DNA of 64,000 nucleotides, taken from contig CP089274.1 in NCBI GenBank assembly GCA_023920165.1, forward strand, positions 2,542,001 through 2,606,000. Direction: 5' to 3'. The notes under the pieces are model-generated. The model did not search any database and was not told the origin of the DNA. It saw only the letters and a list, made by a program, of their open reading frames with translations. This stretch comes from Curvularia clavata (Eukaryota). The position numbers and the translations under genes are program-made. The stretch's first letter is position 1, and each line of letters starts with the position of its first letter. Below, one piece after another: positions 61,177 through 64,000 of this stretch.

Positions 61177-62137
61177 TCAGGCCTTCTTCCATGCGCTTTC
61201 CGTCTCAAGCCACTCTTCAAATCGCTTCATACCCGGATGAACCTTCACGCACTCGTCAATGTCGGCCCCAAATCCCACGTCCCGGAACCAATCAAACATG
61301 TACCCCAGCTCCTTACTAAGTCCGCATAGTATCCTCGCCGCAATGCCGTACGTCATCGGTAGCTTCTCTCCAGTCTTCTTCTCAAAGATTGTTCTAAACT
61401 CCGTGAAAGAAAGCGCCTCGCTCGCCAACGACATACTCGCATTCTTATAAATCGGGTCTTCGCTCTTCATCAACGCTTGCGCACCAAAGAATCCAACATC
61501 CTTCGTACTAATCAACTGTAGTTTCCGATCCATTCCCAACTTGACCGCCCAGCTTGTTGTAAACACCTTGCCAAAGAAGTCTTGAGAAAGATTCTCGTAA
61601 AATGCTACAGGCCGCAGAATCGTGTAGGTCAGCTTGCTAGCCTGCGCTTTCGAAATGAGGTGCTGTTCGATATTGTATTTTGTGCGAAAGTGAGGCACGT
61701 TGGTTGGATCGTCATCGGAATTAGAGCCGCCTCGGTCGGTTGCCGAGTACACAAAGTGCGAGACGTTGTTTTTCAACGCAGCGTCCACGAGTGCTTTTCC
61801 TTGGGCCTCTTCGGCTTTCCCAACAGCCTGTTCGTGTTGTTAGCCTCCAGCGGACCATGAACCGCTCGAATCAACGTACCTGCACGCTGAAGACACCCCA
61901 AACAGGTGCCTTGGTGGCTTCTTTGATCTTTTTGAAAATTTCATCTGCTACGTCGAGATTTCCCGATATGAGTTTGATGTTTGAGGACTTCTGAGCAAGT
62001 CTCGTTGAGGAAGCTGATTGTGCATCTCGTGTAAGCGCAAAGATCTCAAAGGGTGCGTTCGCTTTGAGCAGGGCGTCAATGACAGCGCCACCCTGTTTAC
62101 CAGTCGCCCCGGCGATTAGAACTGCTTTTGAGGCCAT
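61177..62137 (-). CDS. NmrA-like NAD(P)-binding protein (intron 61879-61828)
   Basis: VLIAGATGKQGGAV, HFVYSA, VPHFRTKYNIE and ILRPVAFYEN motifs. Confidence 0.92.
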
Positions 62138-62782
62138 TGTAGGAGTGGCTGTTGTGTAGCAAAAGCGCTACGGTGAGATAAAGTAGGGGAGAATGAGGTA
62201 GCAAATTCGATGTGAGTGTAAAAAAGTGATTCCTGCAATTGATACATTTCTTGAAAGTGCTATGAACTTGTTCTTATAAAAGTTCTATTGCGATTCGTAC
62301 GGTATGAGTGCATCATTCATCTCTGGACGTTACTCGTAGCGAAGACGCGAGCCGGCAAGTTGTTCACCCGATTGGGTGCACTACGTAGGTTCTCGGCCTC
62401 TCGGGCTTTCGGCCACTCTCACCGAAACAATTCCTATCTACTTTAGAACTACTAGAGGACACAGGTAAGTTCTAAGCAATAAATAGACAACATATTGCGA
62501 TTATTCTTATGATTCACAAAATAAATCGTTGGGAGTCTGCTCTTTGGTGTATTTTTTCTAAGAGATAGCGAGAGCCCAGTTGACCGAAAACCCAATACAC
62601 TGGCTTGATCAATCAATCATCCAGCCCAAACAACCGCATCCTGTTGTATCATCCTATGGCAAAGGCCATTTGCGACTAATCGTTTATCATAAAACACACA
62701 CGCTTATTTCGAATACCAAACAAATGAGACACCAGTTAAACTATACTCAAACTGGACAAGGTCTTCCCAAATGACACCGTAA

Positions 62783-64000
62783 CTACAAGTCCTTTGCGAC
62801 CGCCTCCAAAGACTCCTTGAAAATGTTGCAAGCCTGAGTTAATTCCTCCTCGCTGATGGTAAGCGGTGGAATGAACCTCAACACGTCGAATACAGAGGTA
62901 CTGAGAAGGAGCATGTTACGGCTCACACACTCCTGGACGACCTTTGGTGCTATTTGAGGCTGGCTTCCGGATTGCCTTGAGGCAGTATTTGAAGATTCAC
63001 TCTGAAGGGCTGGGCTCGCAAATTGCACACCAACCATGAGGCCAGATCCGCGGATGTCCTCGATCAGATTTCCTGCCTTGCTGCCAGACGCTTTGAGATC
63101 ATGAAGGAAGGAGAACATTTGCTTCGAGCGCGCAGCGACGTTGTCGAGGATCTTCTCTTCCTTAAATGCTTTGATAGTTGCTGTTGCAGCGGCGCATGCA
63201 ACAGCATTACCGGCATATGTTCCACCCATCGATCCAGGCTTCTGAAGGTCCATGACTTTCTTGCTGCTTGCGATACCGGACAATGGGAAGCCGTTTGCAA
63301 TGCCCTTGGCGAAAATGAGAATGTCTGGTCGTACTCCAGAGTCCTGCACAAACCACATGTGCCCTGTGCGTCCCATTCCAGACTGAACTTCGTCGGCGAT
63401 GAGAAGAATACCGTGTTCGTCACAAATCTGTCGAAGACCGTGCAAGAACTCTGGGGGAGCGGGAACGTAACCGCCCTCTCCCAGGACAGGCTCTAGGATG
63501 ATGGCAGCAGTGTCTGAAGGTGAAGTTTGCTGCTGCAGTGTGAGCCTCATTTGTAGCAGTGCCTGCTTAACCAGTTCTTCTTTGGGTGTATCTGCAGGAA
63601 GGCCAAATTGGCTGTAGTATGGGAAGGCCGAAGCAAACACGCCGCCCATCAATGGGCCGTGTCCTTCACCATAGATGGTCTTAGAACGTGTCATCGAGGC
63701 GGTGGCGTTTGTGCGGCCATGGTAAGACCCTTGCATAACGATGATGTTAGGCTTTTTGGTTGCAGCTCGCGCCAGCTTGACGGCTGCTTCGACTGCCTCA
63801 GCTCCAGAGTTCCAGAGAAAGACAGTGTCGAGCGACTCATGCGGAAGAATCGGAACTAGCTCTCTGAGAAGAGCAATTTGTGGCGCACTGAACCCAATGT
63901 TGACTTGTGCGTGGGTGATTTTGCTGCATTGTGCGGCTGCGGCGGCACTGACTTTGGGATGGCAATGACCAAGGTTTACAACGCCAATACCGGCGGTCAT
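62783..64000 (-). CDS. Class III PLP aminotransferase (GabT/PuuE-like 4-aminobutyrate/acetylornithine family); 5' end outside window
   Basis: GIGVVNLGHCHP, NSGAEAVE, SYHGRT, EPVLGEGG, DEVQSGMGRTG, FAKG (PLP Lys) and GGTYAGN motifs. Confidence 0.93.
   Translation of the reverse strand: MTAGIGVVNLGHCHPKVSAAAAAQCSKITHAQVNIGFSAPQIALLRELVPILPHESLDTVFLWNSGAEAVEAAVKLARAATKKPNIIVMQGSYHGRTNATASMTRSKTIYGEGHGPLMGGVFASAFPYYSQFGLPADTPKEELVKQALLQMRLTLQQQTSPSDTAAIILEPVLGEGGYVPAPPEFLHGLRQICDEHGILLIADEVQSGMGRTGHMWFVQDSGVRPDILIFAKGIANGFPLSGIASSKKVMDLQKPGSMGGTYAGNAVACAAATATIKAFKEEKILDNVAARSKQMFSFLHDLKASGSKAGNLIEDIRGSGLMVGVQFASPALQSESSNTASRQSGSQPQIAPKVVQECVSRNMLLLSTSVFDVLRFIPPLTISEEELTQACNIFKESLEAVAKDL

Overview
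Intron-containing fungal genomic DNA. Gene style suggests a filamentous ascomycete, probably a Dothideomycete/Pleosporales (inference). About 28 protein-coding genes were reconstructed by splicing. The left end (1.1-4.4 kb) is an accessory micro-cluster: a small secreted Kex2-type precursor, a UstYa/DUF3328 oxidase with two HxxHC motifs and a divergent GNAT acetyltransferase. This is a candidate dikaritin-type RiPP locus whose precursor lacks the usual tandem cores. A small Cys-rich ORF and an isochorismatase/Zn2Cys6 pair follow. The centre is mostly housekeeping: AIM41, NUP170, ARV1, VMA9, an EXPERA/TMEM97 protein, an MFS sugar porter with four XlnR-type sites, CobW/ZNG1, MOB4, a C2H2 TF, HRQ1, myosin light chain, a STEEP1-like gene, FHIT, an R3H-associated protein and LAP1. 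The right end holds an SDR, two membrane proteins, a CoA-binding protein, an NmrA-like gene and a partial class III aminotransferase. A second notable signal is the 342-nt intron 2 of VMA9: it is open in frame and encodes PP1-docking-like motifs (KPCLR, KRVHF), suggesting a hidden membrane-anchored isoform. No tRNA, rRNA, CRISPR array or intact transposon was recognised. Exon boundaries were read by eye and are predictions.
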